From: an uncultured Thermoleophilia bacterium
Lineage (GTDB): Bacteria > Actinomycetota > Thermoleophilia > Gaiellales > F1-60-MAGs149
Assembly (NCBI GenBank): GCA_963800515.1
Contig: CAWDBC010000013.1
Coordinates: 19,990 to 83,989 of the forward strand
Length of the DNA: 64,000 nt
Reading direction: 5' to 3'
This document shows positions 1-10,511 of this stretch, one piece after another. A program made the translations under genes and the position numbers. Within the stretch, counting starts at the first letter, position 1. Each line of letters starts with the position of its first letter. The notes beneath the pieces are model-generated. The model was not told the origin of the DNA and did not search any database. It saw only the letters and a program-made list of their open reading frames with translations.

Positions 1-2
1 CG

Positions 3-908
3 GAGCTCGGACCCTGCGACGCCCACGAGCACCTCTTCCTGCGCTCGCCGCTCCTGCCGGGCGAGGAGCTCGCCGACCGGGACCTCGCGGCGGCCGAGGC
101 GTCGCTCCTCGCCGCCGCCGGCGCGGCGAGCGTCGTCGACTGGACGCCGATCGGCCTCGGCCGCGACCCGGTGGGCCTGGCGGAGGTCGCGCGACGTTCC
201 GGGCTGCACGTCGTCGCTGCGACCGGGTTCCACCGCGAGGCCCACTACCCCCGGGGGCACTGGGCGTGGCGCGAGCCCGTCGAGGAGCTCCGCGCCCTCG
301 TCGCCGCCGACCTCGCCGACGGGATCGACGCCAACGACTGCTGCGGGCCGCGCGAGCGCCGGACCGAGGTGCGGGCGGGCGTCGTCAAGGTCGGCGCCGG
401 CTACTGGCAGGCGTCGCCGCTCGAGCGCAAGCTGATCGAGGCCGCCGCCTCCGCCGCCGTCGCCGCCGGAGTCCCGGTCTGCGGCCACTCCGAGCACGGG
501 ACCTTCGCCCTCGAGCTCGTCGACCTCCTGCTCGGACACGGCGCGGCCGCCGACGCCATCGTCGTCGCGCACCTCGACCGCAACCCGGACGCGGGCCTCC
601 ACCGCGCGGTGGCCGAGACGGGCGTCTTCCTCCAGTACGACGGCCCCGGCCGGGCGAAGTACCACCCGGACGCGACGATCCTCTCCCTGATCGAGGCCGT
701 CGCGAGCGCCGGTCACGGCGATCAGCTGCTCCTCGGCGGCGACACGCCCCGTCGCTCCCACCTCGTCTCGGCCGGCGGCGGCCCGGGGATGGCCTATCCG
801 TTCGCCACCTTCCTGCCGCGGCTCCGGCGGGAGCTCGGCGACGCCCTCGCCGACCGGATCGCCGTCGCCAACCCGGCGCGCGCGTTCGCGCTGCGAGCGG
901 CCGCGTGA
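3..908 (+). CDS. Phosphotriesterase-family (amidohydrolase) protein, 5'-truncated by the window edge
   Basis: Frame open from nt 3 ([13 protein letters not shown]). HEH metal motif, [23 protein letters not shown] (carbamylated Lys position), CGH, AHLDR and LLLGGD are all PTE-family motifs. Confidence 0.88.
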   Translation, partial: ELGPCDAHEHLFLRSPLLPGEELADRDLAAAEASLLAAAGAASVVDWTPIGLGRDPVGLAEVARRSGLHVVAATGFHREAHYPRGHWAWREPVEELRALVAADLADGIDANDCCGPRERRTEVRAGVVKVGAGYWQASPLERKLIEAAASAAVAAGVPVCGHSEHGTFALELVDLLLGHGAAADAIVVAHLDRNPDAGLHRAVAETGVFLQYDGPGRAKYHPDATILSLIEAVASAGHGDQLLLGGDTPRRSHLVSAGGGPGMAYPFATFLPRLRRELGDALADRIAVANPARAFALRAAA

Positions 909-2182
909 CGGGCCCCGCGGAGTTCGACGTCGTCGTGGTCGGCGGCGGCTCGGCCGGCTCGACCGCGGCGATCGCCGCCGCCCGGGCCGGGGCCCGGACC
1001 CTCCTCGTCGACCGGATGGGATTCCTCGGCGGGACGTCGACCGCCGTCCTCGACACCTTCTACGCGTTCTACACGCCCGGCGCCGAGCCCCGGAAGGTCG
1101 TCAGCGGGATCGCCGACGAGGTCGTCGCGGGCCTGCGGAACGAGGATGCCTGCTTCGAGCGGCCGAACACCTACGGCGCGGGCACGGGGATCACCTACGA
1201 CCCGGAGGTGCTGAAGCGCGTGTGGGAGGCGCTGGTCTCCGGGAGCGGGGCCCGGATCCTCCTCCACTCCTTCCTCCATGGCGCCCGCAGCGTCGACGGC
1301 GGAGGCGTCGAGCTCTCGCTCCACACGAAGGGCGGCGAGCGGACCGTGCGGGCGGCGGTGGCGGTCGACGCGAGCGGCGACGGCGATCTCGCGACCCTGG
1401 CCGGCGCCGGCTTCGAGGGTCCCGGCGAGGGCGGGCCGGTGCAGAGCCTCTCGACCGTGTTCCGGATGGCCAACGTGGACGTCGCGACGGCCGAGGCGGT
1501 GCCCAAGGCCGAGCTCTGGCGGCGCATGCGGGAGGGGGCGGCGTCGGGCCGGTACCGGCTGCCGCGCCTCGAGGGATCGGTCCACCGGACCCCGCAGGCC
1601 GGGGTGATGATGGCCCTGATGACGCGGATGGCCGGCGTCGACGCGACCGATCCGGAGGCCCTGACCGACGCGGAGCTCGAGGGGCGGCGCCAGTGCCACG
1701 AGTACTTCCGCTTCCTCCGCGACAACGTCCCCGGCTACGAGCGCGCGGTGCTCGTCTCGACGAGCCCGGCGATCGGGGTGCGCGAGAGCAGGCGGATCCT
1801 CGGCGATCATCGGCTGACCGCGGACGAGTGCCTGAGCGCGACGAGCTTCCCCGACCAGATCGCCCGTTGCGGCGCCCCGATCGAGGACCACCACGCCGGC
1901 TCGGACACCCGCTGGGCCTACGTCCGGGACGGCGGCACCTACGGCATCCCCTACGGGTGCCTGTTGCCGAGGGCCCTCGAGTCCGTGCTCGTCGCCGGGC
2001 GCTGCTTCTCGGCCACGCACGACGCCCACGCGTCGGCGCGGAGCATGGCGACCTGCATGGCGATGGGTCAGGCCGCCGGGACGGCGGCCGCGCTGGCCGT
2101 CGGGGAGGGCACGACGCCGCGGGCGCTCGGCGCCCGCCGCGTCCGGGCCGCCCTGGTCGAGGCCGGAGCCGACGTCGGATGA
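905..2182 (+). CDS. FAD-dependent oxidoreductase (FAD_oxidored family)
   Basis: GTG at 905 overlaps the upstream [14 protein letters not shown] Rossmann motif, [61 protein letters not shown]. Confidence 0.9.
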   Translation: MTGPAEFDVVVVGGGSAGSTAAIAAARAGARTLLVDRMGFLGGTSTAVLDTFYAFYTPGAEPRKVVSGIADEVVAGLRNEDACFERPNTYGAGTGITYDPEVLKRVWEALVSGSGARILLHSFLHGARSVDGGGVELSLHTKGGERTVRAAVAVDASGDGDLATLAGAGFEGPGEGGPVQSLSTVFRMANVDVATAEAVPKAELWRRMREGAASGRYRLPRLEGSVHRTPQAGVMMALMTRMAGVDATDPEALTDAELEGRRQCHEYFRFLRDNVPGYERAVLVSTSPAIGVRESRRILGDHRLTADECLSATSFPDQIARCGAPIEDHHAGSDTRWAYVRDGGTYGIPYGCLLPRALESVLVAGRCFSATHDAHASARSMATCMAMGQAAGTAAALAVGEGTTPRALGARRVRAALVEAGADVG

Positions 2183-2259
2183 GCACCGGCCGGCCGGGTC
2201 GCCGACCAGGGACGGCCTCCCAGCGAGAGAGCGGACAACGAGCGAAGGAGAACGGGCGA

Positions 2260-3465
2260 ATGGCGAACGGACATGCGGTGACGATGCTGGGAACGGGCCT
2301 GATCGGCCTCTTCTACACCCAGACCCTCCACGCCGGGCGGAGCCGGGACCGCGTCGGCTGCATCTACTCGCGCTCGGAGGAGCGGGCGAGGACGTTCGCC
2401 GAGGCGAACGACGTGCCGGCCTGGAGCACGGACCTCGCCGAGGCGATCACCTCCCCCGACACCGACGCCGTGGTCGTCGCCCTGCCGAACGACCTGCACG
2501 AGGAGGCGGTCGCGCTCGCCGCCTCCGCCGGCAAGCCGGTGCTCTGCACCAAGCCGCTCGGACGAACGGCCGCGGAGGCCCGTCGGATGCTCGACGCCGT
2601 CGAGCGGGCCGGCGTGTTCGGCGGCTACCTCGAGGACCTCTGCTACACGCCGAAGACGCTGAAGGCGCTCTCGTCCGTCGAGGACGGCGCGATCGGGCGC
2701 GTGATGTGGGTGCGGTCGCGCGAGACCCATCCGGGTCCCCACAGCGCCTGGTTCTGGGATGCCGCCCAGGCGGGCGGCGGCTGCATCGTCGATCTCGGCT
2801 GCCACTGCATCGAGATCATCCGCTCGTTCGTCGGCAAGGGGGATCGGCCCCTCGAGGTCATGTGCTGGGCCGACACCCTCGTGCACCCGATCGAGGCGGA
2901 GGACAACGGGATCGCCCTGATCCGCTTCGAGTCCGGCGCGATCGGCCAGTTCGAGGTGAGCTGGACGTTCCGCGGCGGCATGGACCTGCGCGACGAGGTG
3001 GCCGGCACCGAGGGCACGATCTGGCTCAACCACTTCCTCCGCACCGGCTTCGAGATGTTCACGTCGGGTGCGGGCGAGGGCTACGTCGCCGAGAAGGCCG
3101 AGTCGAGCTCCGGCTGGCAGTTCCCGGTCGGCGACGAGGTCTCCGAGCTCGGCTACGTCGACATGTTCGCCGACATGTTCGACGCGATCGACGCCGGCCG
3201 CGCGCCGCGGGAGAGCTTCTACGACGGCTACGTCGTGAACGAGATCATGGATGCCTGCTTCCGCTCCGCGCGCTCGAAGCAGTGGGAGCCGATCACGATC
3301 GACGGCTGGCGGGGCGGGACGGCCGAGCCGATCCGCAAGGCCGAGACCCGGTTCGAGGGGCAGGTCGTGATCAAGGAGGAGAAGCTGCCCGACGGCCGCC
3401 GCAAGCTGATCCTCAAGGACCCCGGCACGGGAGCCTTCACGGATCGCGTCGTCGCCGGCGCCTGA
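2260..3465 (+). CDS. Gfo/Idh/MocA-family oxidoreductase
   Basis: AAGGAG RBS then ATG at 2260. LGTGLIG NAD-binding motif, [27 protein letters not shown]. Confidence 0.9.
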   Translation: MANGHAVTMLGTGLIGLFYTQTLHAGRSRDRVGCIYSRSEERARTFAEANDVPAWSTDLAEAITSPDTDAVVVALPNDLHEEAVALAASAGKPVLCTKPLGRTAAEARRMLDAVERAGVFGGYLEDLCYTPKTLKALSSVEDGAIGRVMWVRSRETHPGPHSAWFWDAAQAGGGCIVDLGCHCIEIIRSFVGKGDRPLEVMCWADTLVHPIEAEDNGIALIRFESGAIGQFEVSWTFRGGMDLRDEVAGTEGTIWLNHFLRTGFEMFTSGAGEGYVAEKAESSSGWQFPVGDEVSELGYVDMFADMFDAIDAGRAPRESFYDGYVVNEIMDACFRSARSKQWEPITIDGWRGGTAEPIRKAETRFEGQVVIKEEKLPDGRRKLILKDPGTGAFTDRVVAGA

Positions 3466-3509
3466 CGCGTCCCGGCGGGGGTGGGCCCGACCGGCCCGCC
3501 CCGCGGCCG

Positions 3510-3821
3510 TCAGCCGACGAGGAGTCGCGTCGCCGCCGTCACGAGGATGGCGACCACCACCGCGAGGATGCTCGGGGCGCGGCTGGAGCGCACGAGGAGG
3601 GCGGCGGCGAGGCCGGCGGCGACGGGGGCGTTCGCGTCCCGCCAGCGCTCGCCCGCGAGGTCGGAGACGACGAGCCCGGCGAGGAGCGCCGGGGCGAGCA
3701 GGGCGATCACGTTGGTCGACCAGGCGGGGAGGGGCCGGTCGCCGATCACGGCGGGGCCGAGGGACTTGATCGTCGCGCAGACCGCGGCGACGGCGGCGAT
3801 CGCGATCCAGATCGTCGTCAT
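3510..3821 (-). CDS. azlD: AzlD-family branched-chain amino acid exporter small subunit
   Basis: MTTIWIAIAAVAAVCATIKSLGP...LLAPALLAGLVV; hydrophobic, 103 aa; ATGA-coupled to azlC. Confidence 0.8.
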   Translation of the reverse strand: MTTIWIAIAAVAAVCATIKSLGPAVIGDRPLPAWSTNVIALLAPALLAGLVVSDLAGERWRDANAPVAAGLAAALLVRSSRAPSILAVVVAILVTAATRLLVG

Positions 3822-4537
3822 GCCGGCGTCCGCGCGGGCTGACGGAGGCCGAGGAGGGCGGCGGCCGTGCAGCAGAGGATCGCGACCCCGACCGGGGCGA
3901 CCAGCACGATCACGCCCGCGATCGCCGCGCCGCACGCCACGGCCGGCCACGACCCGCGCCGGACCCGCAGCTCGTCCCAGAGGAGCATCAGGTAGAACGC
4001 CGGGAAGGCCGCGTCGAGGCCGAGCCGGTCGATCATGTGCGGGCTCGGGCCGAGGACGGCGCCGATGGCCGTTCCGAGGACCCAGGCCGGGAACTGGGCG
4101 AGGGTGGAGCCGATGAGCCGCTCGCGGTCGAAGCGCCCGCCGCCGCTCGCCGCCATCACGAACGAGGCGTCGACCACCGCCTGTCCCTCGACCGCCCGCC
4201 GGAGGCGCCCGCCGCGGAGGCTGCCCGCGATGGCCACGCCCATCGGCAGGAAGCGCGCGTTGATCAGGCTCGCCGCCGTGATCGCCGTGATCAGGCCGCC
4301 CCCGCCGCCGAGAGCCGTCAGCATCGCGAACTGGGCGGAGCCGGAGAAGACGACGAGCGAGGCGACGATCGGCGCCAGCCAACCCCAGCCCTCGGCGCGG
4401 CTGACGGCGCCGAAGGCGACGCCGAGGAGGAGGGTGGGGACGGCGAGCCCGAGCCCCGCGCGGAACCCGTCCTGGAAGCGCCGGCGGGCGGAGGCCTCCG
4501 GTGGAGCGGCGTCCAGCGGCAGCGACCGGCTCGTCAC
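3818..4537 (-). CDS. azlC: AzlC-family exporter permease
   Basis: SLVVFSGSAQF, INARFL, AWVLGTAIG and LGLDAAFPAFYL motifs. TATGAT lies 6 nt upstream of the GTG (leaderless). Confidence 0.88.
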   Translation of the reverse strand: MTSRSLPLDAAPPEASARRRFQDGFRAGLGLAVPTLLLGVAFGAVSRAEGWGWLAPIVASLVVFSGSAQFAMLTALGGGGGLITAITAASLINARFLPMGVAIAGSLRGGRLRRAVEGQAVVDASFVMAASGGGRFDRERLIGSTLAQFPAWVLGTAIGAVLGPSPHMIDRLGLDAAFPAFYLMLLWDELRVRRGSWPAVACGAAIAGVIVLVAPVGVAILCCTAAALLGLRQPARTPA

Positions 4538-4658
4538 GCGGGGATCATAACGCCTCAGATCGTTCTAGACCATTAGACGCCGCGGAGGTCGCTCCTCCCG
4601 CCGAAAGCGGCGCGACGGCCGCCGCTACGCTGCCCGCCGTGAACGGGCCCGGGACGTC

Positions 4659-5537
4659 GTGCTGCGCCTCGGGCTGATCGGGCTCGGCTGGATCGGCCGC
4701 ACCCATGCGGCCACTATCGGCGAGCTGGCCGGGGCCGAGCTCGTCGCCACGGCGGACCCGGTCGCGGACGGCGCCACCCACCGCGACTGGCGCGCGCTCC
4801 TCGGAGAGGAGCTCGACGCCGTCCTCGTCTGCACGCCTCCCGACCTGCATCGCGAGCCGACGCTGGCCGCCCTCGACCGGGGGCTCCCCGTCTACCTCGA
4901 GAAGCCGATCGCCCACGACCGCGCGGACGCCCGGGCGATCGTCGCGGCGGCGGAGGCGCCGGGGGCTCGCTGCGTCGTCGGCTACCAGTACCGCGCGCTC
5001 TCCTTCCTCGACGACCTGCCCCGAGATGCGACCGTCGTCCTCGGCGTGGGGCTGTCCGAGACGATGGATCGTCCGTGGCTCGGCGACCGGAGCCGCGGCG
5101 GCAGCTTCATCCTCGAGCGGGCGAGTCACCTGATCGACCTCATCCGCGTCGTCGCCGGCTCGGTCGAGCGGATCGTCGCCGTCGAGCGCGAGGCGACGCT
5201 GGCGCTGACCCTGGAGCTCGCCTCCGGCGCCCTGGCGTCGATCGTCGTCGGCCGCTCCGGCCGGGGACCCGGCTGGCGGCTCGAGCTCGTCGGCCCGGCG
5301 GGCGCCACGGTCGTGCGGCTGGACGACCCCGCCTCCGCCTCCGGTCCGGCCCTCCGGGTCGACGACGAGGACGGGCCGCTCCTCGGACGTGCCCTCGGCC
5401 TCTTCTGCCGGGCGGTCGGAAGCGGCGATCGGCCGGCCCCCCTCTGCTCGTCGGCGGACGCGCTGGAGACGCTCGAGGTGGCGCTCGCCGCCGAGCGCTC
5501 GCGTCTCTCCGGGCGGATGGAGGCGGTCGGGCGGTAG
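4659..5537 (+). CDS. Gfo/Idh/MocA-family oxidoreductase
   Basis: LGLIGLGWIG, VCTPPDLH, VYLEKP, GGSFILERASHLID. Confidence 0.85.
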   Translation: MLRLGLIGLGWIGRTHAATIGELAGAELVATADPVADGATHRDWRALLGEELDAVLVCTPPDLHREPTLAALDRGLPVYLEKPIAHDRADARAIVAAAEAPGARCVVGYQYRALSFLDDLPRDATVVLGVGLSETMDRPWLGDRSRGGSFILERASHLIDLIRVVAGSVERIVAVEREATLALTLELASGALASIVVGRSGRGPGWRLELVGPAGATVVRLDDPASASGPALRVDDEDGPLLGRALGLFCRAVGSGDRPAPLCSSADALETLEVALAAERSRLSGRMEAVGR

Positions 5538-5647
5538 GGTCGTCTCGACGTGCTCGCGGACGCCCCGGGCGGCTCGCGTTCCCGGTGCGGCAGGCGAGAG
5601 GCGACGAACGCGTCCGGCCCGGCGGCGAGCAGCCGGCTGCCCGGCGC

Positions 5648-8368
5648 CTACCGCCCGAGCCGGGTCCGCTTGGTCCGGGTGAAGACGTTGCCGGAGCGGT
5701 TCTTGAAGGACGCCTTCTTCGTCACGACGATCGGCGGGTGCGCGTGCCGCAGCAGCCGGCGTCCGGTCGTCGTCAACCGGATCCGGATCAGGACCTTGCC
5801 GCGGCGCTTCAGCGCCTTGGCGCCCCGGGCGACGCCGACCCTGCGCGCGGGGTGGCCTCGGCGCGCGGGCCTGGTCTGGACCGTCCAGGTGATCGCGATC
5901 CGGCCGGCGCTCGGCGCCTTGAAGAGGGTCGAGCAGCCGCCCCGCTCGAGGAGCAGGCGGACCGTGAACCGCGGACAGGAACCGGCGAGCGCCTTCTTCA
6001 ACGCCGCCCTGGCGACCGCGATCGTCTGCGCCGAGGCGGGGGAGGGCCGCGTCGTGGGCGGCGGTATGGGCTCCGATCCGATCACCCCGGCGAACGGGGC
6101 CTCGCTGGTGTCGCCGAAGGTCGAGGTCTGGGCCGCCCAGACGCGCTGGCCGGGGGCGAGCGCGAGGTGCGGGATGGTCCAGATCCCGGTGGTGGGGACG
6201 GCGGTGGTGCCGATCGGGTCGATCGAGCCGCTCGTCGGGTTCTGGGCGTAGACCTCGACGGTCGCGCCGTAGGCGGAGCTCGTGCCGCTGATCGCCGTCG
6301 TGGAGAGCAGGGTGACCGGCGGCGCGTTCTGCTTGCGGTTGGCGCCCGTGTCGGCATCGCCGGGATCGTTCGGCAGGGGCGTGCCGAGCTGGTTGTCGCC
6401 GTTGTCGAGGTCGATCAGGAGGTTGCCGATCCCGGCGTAGTGGTTGCCCTGGATCGTGTTCGAGTAGGCGCCGAGGGATTCGACGGTGACGCCGACGGCG
6501 GCGCCGGCGATCGCGTTGCCGGTGACCGCGTCGAACTGGGCCGAGCGGCGGAGGACGATGCCGAAGTCGTAGGTGCGGGGGACCAGACCGGCGCTGTCGG
6601 TGCCGATGGCGTTGCCGCGGAACGTCTCCTGGGTGGAGGCGATGCCGGTCGAGAAGCCGGCCCGCTGGGGCATGCAGCGGTTGCCCTCGACGAGGTTCGA
6701 CGGCGAGTGGTCGTAGACGTTGACGCAGTCGGCCTTGTAGAGGTCGTCGGCCACGGACGTGGTCGCCCGGTTGTCGTCCACGCCGGCCGACAGGTAGGCG
6801 CCGCCGGCGTAGCGGCCGTACGCGTCGAGGCCGAAGGTGTTGCCCTGGATCGCGTTCGCCTCGTTGTTCCAACGATCCTCGCCGCCGGGCGGGGCGCCCG
6901 CGCCCGTGTAGCCGTGGGAGAGTTCGACGGCGGTGCAGCCGGTGGCGGCGAAGTGGTTGCCCTGGCCGGCCGCCAGGCCCCCGATCTGGTTCGAGTGCGC
7001 GCCGGCGTTCCAGTCCGTCCCCGCGCACTGGAGCGGACCCGGGGCGCCGTTCGGCCCGATCCCGATCAGGTTCCCCTGGATCGTGTTCCTCGTCGTATAG
7101 CCCTCGCTGTGGGTGGCGCGGCTGAAGTTGCCGAAGACGTTGCGGTCTCCGGGCGCCGGCGAGCCGATGAGGTTGCCGCTCGTGCTGTCGAGGACGATCG
7201 CGTAGTCGCCGCTCGCCGCCGCCGCTCCGGCCGTCGTGAACCCGAACCAGTTGCCGACGATCCGGTTGTTGTTGCCTCCGGCCTCGACGTCGATCGCCGC
7301 ACCCCGGGTCGTGAACGCGAGCCCGGTGAAGACGTTGGCACCGCCCGAGAGGACGAACCGGGCGTGGCCGCCGGCCGAGTCGATGGTGATCAGGTTCCTT
7401 GCGTTCGAGAGCACCGGGTCGGTGTTCGGCGCCGAGCCGGGCTCGCTGTAGCCGTCGATCGTCGTCCCGCCGGTCGAGTCGGTGAGCGCCAGCGAGCCGC
7501 CGTTGGTCAGCTGGAAGACCGCCGTCGCGCCCGACGGCGCGACGTTGAACCGGATCACGTCCGATCCGTGGTGCGCGTTCGCCTCGGTCACCGCCGCCCG
7601 CAGGGAGCAGGAGCCCGTCGACGTGCGACAGGACCCGTCTCCGGGATGCGCGTCCGGCAGGTCGGCCGTCGTGCTGACCGTCCAGGTCGCCGTCGCCGAC
7701 AGGCGGCGGGAGACGGCGGGCGCGGCCGCCGCGGTGGCCGCCCGTGCGGCGAGCGCCTGGACCTCGCCCATCCCGACCTGCCCGCGGGCGAAGAACGCCG
7801 CCGCGATGCCCGCCCGGCCGTGCGACCACGATGGCGCGCCCGCCGCCGCCAGCAACGGATCGGCCGTGCCTCTGCCCACGGCCAGGCTCGGCGCCCGACC
7901 GGCCAGCAGCGTCCGGTTCGCGCCGACCCGCACGGTCAGCGTCGTCGGCCGCGCCCGCGCCACGACCCGCCCCTCCGGGTCGTACAGCGTCGCTCGCGCG
8001 ATCCGGAACCGGAACACGCCGCTTCGGGCCGGCTCGACGCTGATCACCCCGAGCGGACCCGACCGCGGAGCGACGCCCGAGGCGCCGTAGAAGCCGACCC
8101 GGCCGTCCTCCCCGCCGACCGGAAAGCCGCCGCGGACGAGCGGCAGCGCTGCGGAGATCGACGTGGCTCCCTGCGCGTAGCCGAGGCTCGCCGCGAAGGC
8201 CCCCACCCGCAGTCCGGCTGGTGCCCGCACCTCGATCGCGAAGGACTCACCCGCCGCGGCCCGCCCAGGGGCCGTGAGCTCCAGACGCGCCGACGCCGCC
8301 ACCGCGCCCGGGGCTGGCAGCGCAGCCACACCGGCGGCAGCCAGCCCGCCCAAGCACCGAACACGCAT
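5648..8368 (-). CDS. Secreted CSLREA-domain / right-handed beta-helix protein with N-terminal cohesin-like module and basic C-terminal domain
   Basis: GGAGAGG RBS and signal peptide MRVRCLGGLAAAGVAALPAPGAVAA. TVSTTAD...GDGSC...CSLRAAVTEAN motif; many N-x-I-x-G-N-x-(F/I)-G beta-helix turns; Pro/Thr linker; K/R-rich tail. Confidence 0.82.
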   Translation of the reverse strand: MRVRCLGGLAAAGVAALPAPGAVAASARLELTAPGRAAAGESFAIEVRAPAGLRVGAFAASLGYAQGATSISAALPLVRGGFPVGGEDGRVGFYGASGVAPRSGPLGVISVEPARSGVFRFRIARATLYDPEGRVVARARPTTLTVRVGANRTLLAGRAPSLAVGRGTADPLLAAAGAPSWSHGRAGIAAAFFARGQVGMGEVQALAARAATAAAAPAVSRRLSATATWTVSTTADLPDAHPGDGSCRTSTGSCSLRAAVTEANAHHGSDVIRFNVAPSGATAVFQLTNGGSLALTDSTGGTTIDGYSEPGSAPNTDPVLSNARNLITIDSAGGHARFVLSGGANVFTGLAFTTRGAAIDVEAGGNNNRIVGNWFGFTTAGAAAASGDYAIVLDSTSGNLIGSPAPGDRNVFGNFSRATHSEGYTTRNTIQGNLIGIGPNGAPGPLQCAGTDWNAGAHSNQIGGLAAGQGNHFAATGCTAVELSHGYTGAGAPPGGEDRWNNEANAIQGNTFGLDAYGRYAGGAYLSAGVDDNRATTSVADDLYKADCVNVYDHSPSNLVEGNRCMPQRAGFSTGIASTQETFRGNAIGTDSAGLVPRTYDFGIVLRRSAQFDAVTGNAIAGAAVGVTVESLGAYSNTIQGNHYAGIGNLLIDLDNGDNQLGTPLPNDPGDADTGANRKQNAPPVTLLSTTAISGTSSAYGATVEVYAQNPTSGSIDPIGTTAVPTTGIWTIPHLALAPGQRVWAAQTSTFGDTSEAPFAGVIGSEPIPPPTTRPSPASAQTIAVARAALKKALAGSCPRFTVRLLLERGGCSTLFKAPSAGRIAITWTVQTRPARRGHPARRVGVARGAKALKRRGKVLIRIRLTTTGRRLLRHAHPPIVVTKKASFKNRSGNVFTRTKRTRLGR

Positions 8369-8499
8369 CGCGTCGCCCTCTCCCGCCGTTGGTAGCCGCG
8401 CACGCAATAGTGAACCCCATACGGGGGAAAAGTGCAATCACGCCACGGCCAAACGGGGGAGGCGAGGGCCGAGCGTGCGCGCTCGCGCTCGACGACGCC

Positions 8500-9645
8500 T
8501 CAGGCGGCGGCGACCGCCTCCGGATCCGAGACCACGACCTCCGCGTCGGGATCCACCCGGAGCACCCGCAGCGCCTCCGGCGCCAGGTGCAGCGAGACCG
8601 GTGTGCCCTCGGTCAGGCCGGTGCCGCCGTCGTTCTGGGCGACCGCCTTCACCAGCTCGCCACCGACCAGGCGCACCCGGACCTCCTCGAAGCTGCCGAG
8701 GAAGACGGCGTGCTCGACCATGCCCGGGAAGGCGGTTCGTCGCCGGCCGCGCCGTGCGGCTCGACCCGGACCCGCTCGGGGCGGATCATCAGCCGCACCT
8801 CGCCCGTGCAGTCGGTCTGGCCGCTCGTGGCCCGGAGCGTTCGCTCGCCGACGCGCACGACGCACCCCTCGCCCTCGCGCCCGGCGACGGTGCCGGCGAT
8901 CAGGTTGGAGACGCCGAGGAAGTCGGCGACGAAGAGCGTCTCCGGCTCCTCGTACATCGTCGGGCGGCGGTCCGGCCTGCTCGACCCGGCCGCGCGCTCA
9001 TCACCGCGATCCGGTCGGACATCGTCAGCGCCTCCTCCTGGTCGTGCGTGACGAAGACGAACGTGATCCCGAGCTCGCTTCTGGAGCGCCTTCAGCTCGA
9101 CCTGCAGGTCCTTGCGCAGCCGGGCGTCGAGGGCGCCGAGCGGCTCGTCGAGGAGGAGGACCCGGGGCCGCAGGACGAGCGCGCGGGCGAGAGCCACGCG
9201 CTGCTGCTGGCCGCCGGAGAGCTGCCCGGCTTGCGCTTGCCGAAGCCGGCGAGGCGCACGAGCCCGAGGGCCTCGCGCGACCTGCTTCGCGCGCTCCGCC
9301 TTGCGTCAGCTTCTTGTACTTGAGGCCGAAGGCGACGTTGTCGGCCACCGCAGGTGCGGGAAGAGCGCGTAGCTCTGGAACACGGTGTTGACGTTGCGCC
9401 GGTGCGGCGGGGTCTGGGCGACGTCGGTGCCGTCGAGCAGGATCCGGCCGCTGCGTCGGCCGCTCGAAGCCGGCGATCATGCGCAGGGTCGTCGTCTTGC
9501 CGCAGCCCGAGGGGCCGAGCAGCGTGAAGAACTCGCCCGGCGGCATGTGGAGGTCGATCCCGTCGACGGCGGCGACCTCGTCGAAGCGCTTGACGAGGGA
9601 CTCGAGCTGGACCTCTCCGAGCGTCGGTGTCTCGTCCTGGCTCAC
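8500..9645 (-). CDS. potA: Polyamine-type ABC transporter ATP-binding protein (frameshifted in this assembly)
   Basis: Fragments in different frames: GPSGCGKTT Walker [46 protein letters not shown]-like tail. Confidence 0.85.
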
Positions 9646-10511
9646 GTCACACTCCCAGATCTGCGATGGCGTCGGTGGTGCTCGAGCCGGCGAAGCGCCG
9701 GTAGACCAGGTAGGTCAGCGTGAGGGTCGCCATCGTGATCACGAGCGCGATCGTCGCGAGCGCGTTCAGGGCGGGCGTCGGGGCGGCCCGGGCCGACGAG
9801 TAGAGGAGCATCGAGCACGGTCTGCGTCCCGGCGCCGCCCGACAGGTACTGGGTGACGACGAAGTCGTCGATCGAGAGCGCGAAGACGATCGCCGCGCTC
9901 GCGAGGATCGCCGGCATCAGGAGCGGCAACAGGATCCGGACGACCCGGTCGCGGGGCGGCGCTCCGAGGTCGGCCGCCGCCTGCTCGTACTCGGGGCCGA
10001 TCGAGACGAGCCGGCCGCGGACGATGACGACGACGTAGGACAGCGAGAACGTGACCTGGCCGATCGCCTGCGACGTCGTTCCGAGGCCCGATCGTCGGCA
10101 GGATCTGGAGGAAGAAGAGCAGGAGCGACGACCCCCATCACGATCTCGGGCGTGACCAGCGGCAGGAGCATCATCACGTTGACCGGGCCGCTGCCCCGCC
10201 CGCGCCAGCGCTGCAGGCCGAGGGCGAGCGTCGACCCCGAGCGGCACGCGAGAGCGACGACGCAGATCAGCCCGAGGAACAGCGTGTGCGGAGCGCGTTC
10301 TGGTAGTCGGGGTTGTGCAGACGCTGAGGTTCGGATCGCCCGTAGAACCAGCGGAGCGAGAAGCCCTGCCAGTCGCTGAGCGAGCGCCCGTAGTTGAACG
10401 AGAAGAGCGATCGCGATCAGGACCGGGCAGGACCGTCCAGATGAGGTAGAGGCCGATGATCACCGGCAGGAAGCGCGGCCGGCCCCAGGGATTCCGCAGC
10501 CAGGCGGTCAT
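9642..10511 (-). CDS. potC: PotC-like ABC permease (frameshifted)
   Basis: LLPLVTPEIVMG, EAA loop YEQAAADLGA, FALSIDDFVVTQYL. Confidence 0.82.
   Translation of the reverse strand: MTAWLRNPWGRPRFLPVIIGLYLIWTVLPGPDRDRSSRSTTGARSATGRASRSAGSTGDPNLSVCTTPTTRTRSAHAVPRADLRRRSRVPLGVDARPRPAALARAGQRPGQRDDAPAAGHARDRDGGRRSCSSSSRSCRRSGLGTTSQAIGQVTFSLSYVVVIVRGRLVSIGPEYEQAAADLGAPPRDRVVRILLPLLMPAILASAAIVFALSIDDFVVTQYLSGGAGTQTVLDAPLLVGPGRPDARPERARDDRARDHDGDPHADLPGLPALRRLEHHRRHRRSGSVT

Noticed and set aside
4545-8395. ORFs over 1000 aa (4545-7829, 5075-8395) and similar long Arg/Pro-rich ORFs such as 33979-37257 and 30049-32901
   Set aside because: Shadow frames of real genes in very GC-rich DNA; no motifs and Arg/Pro/Gly-biased composition.
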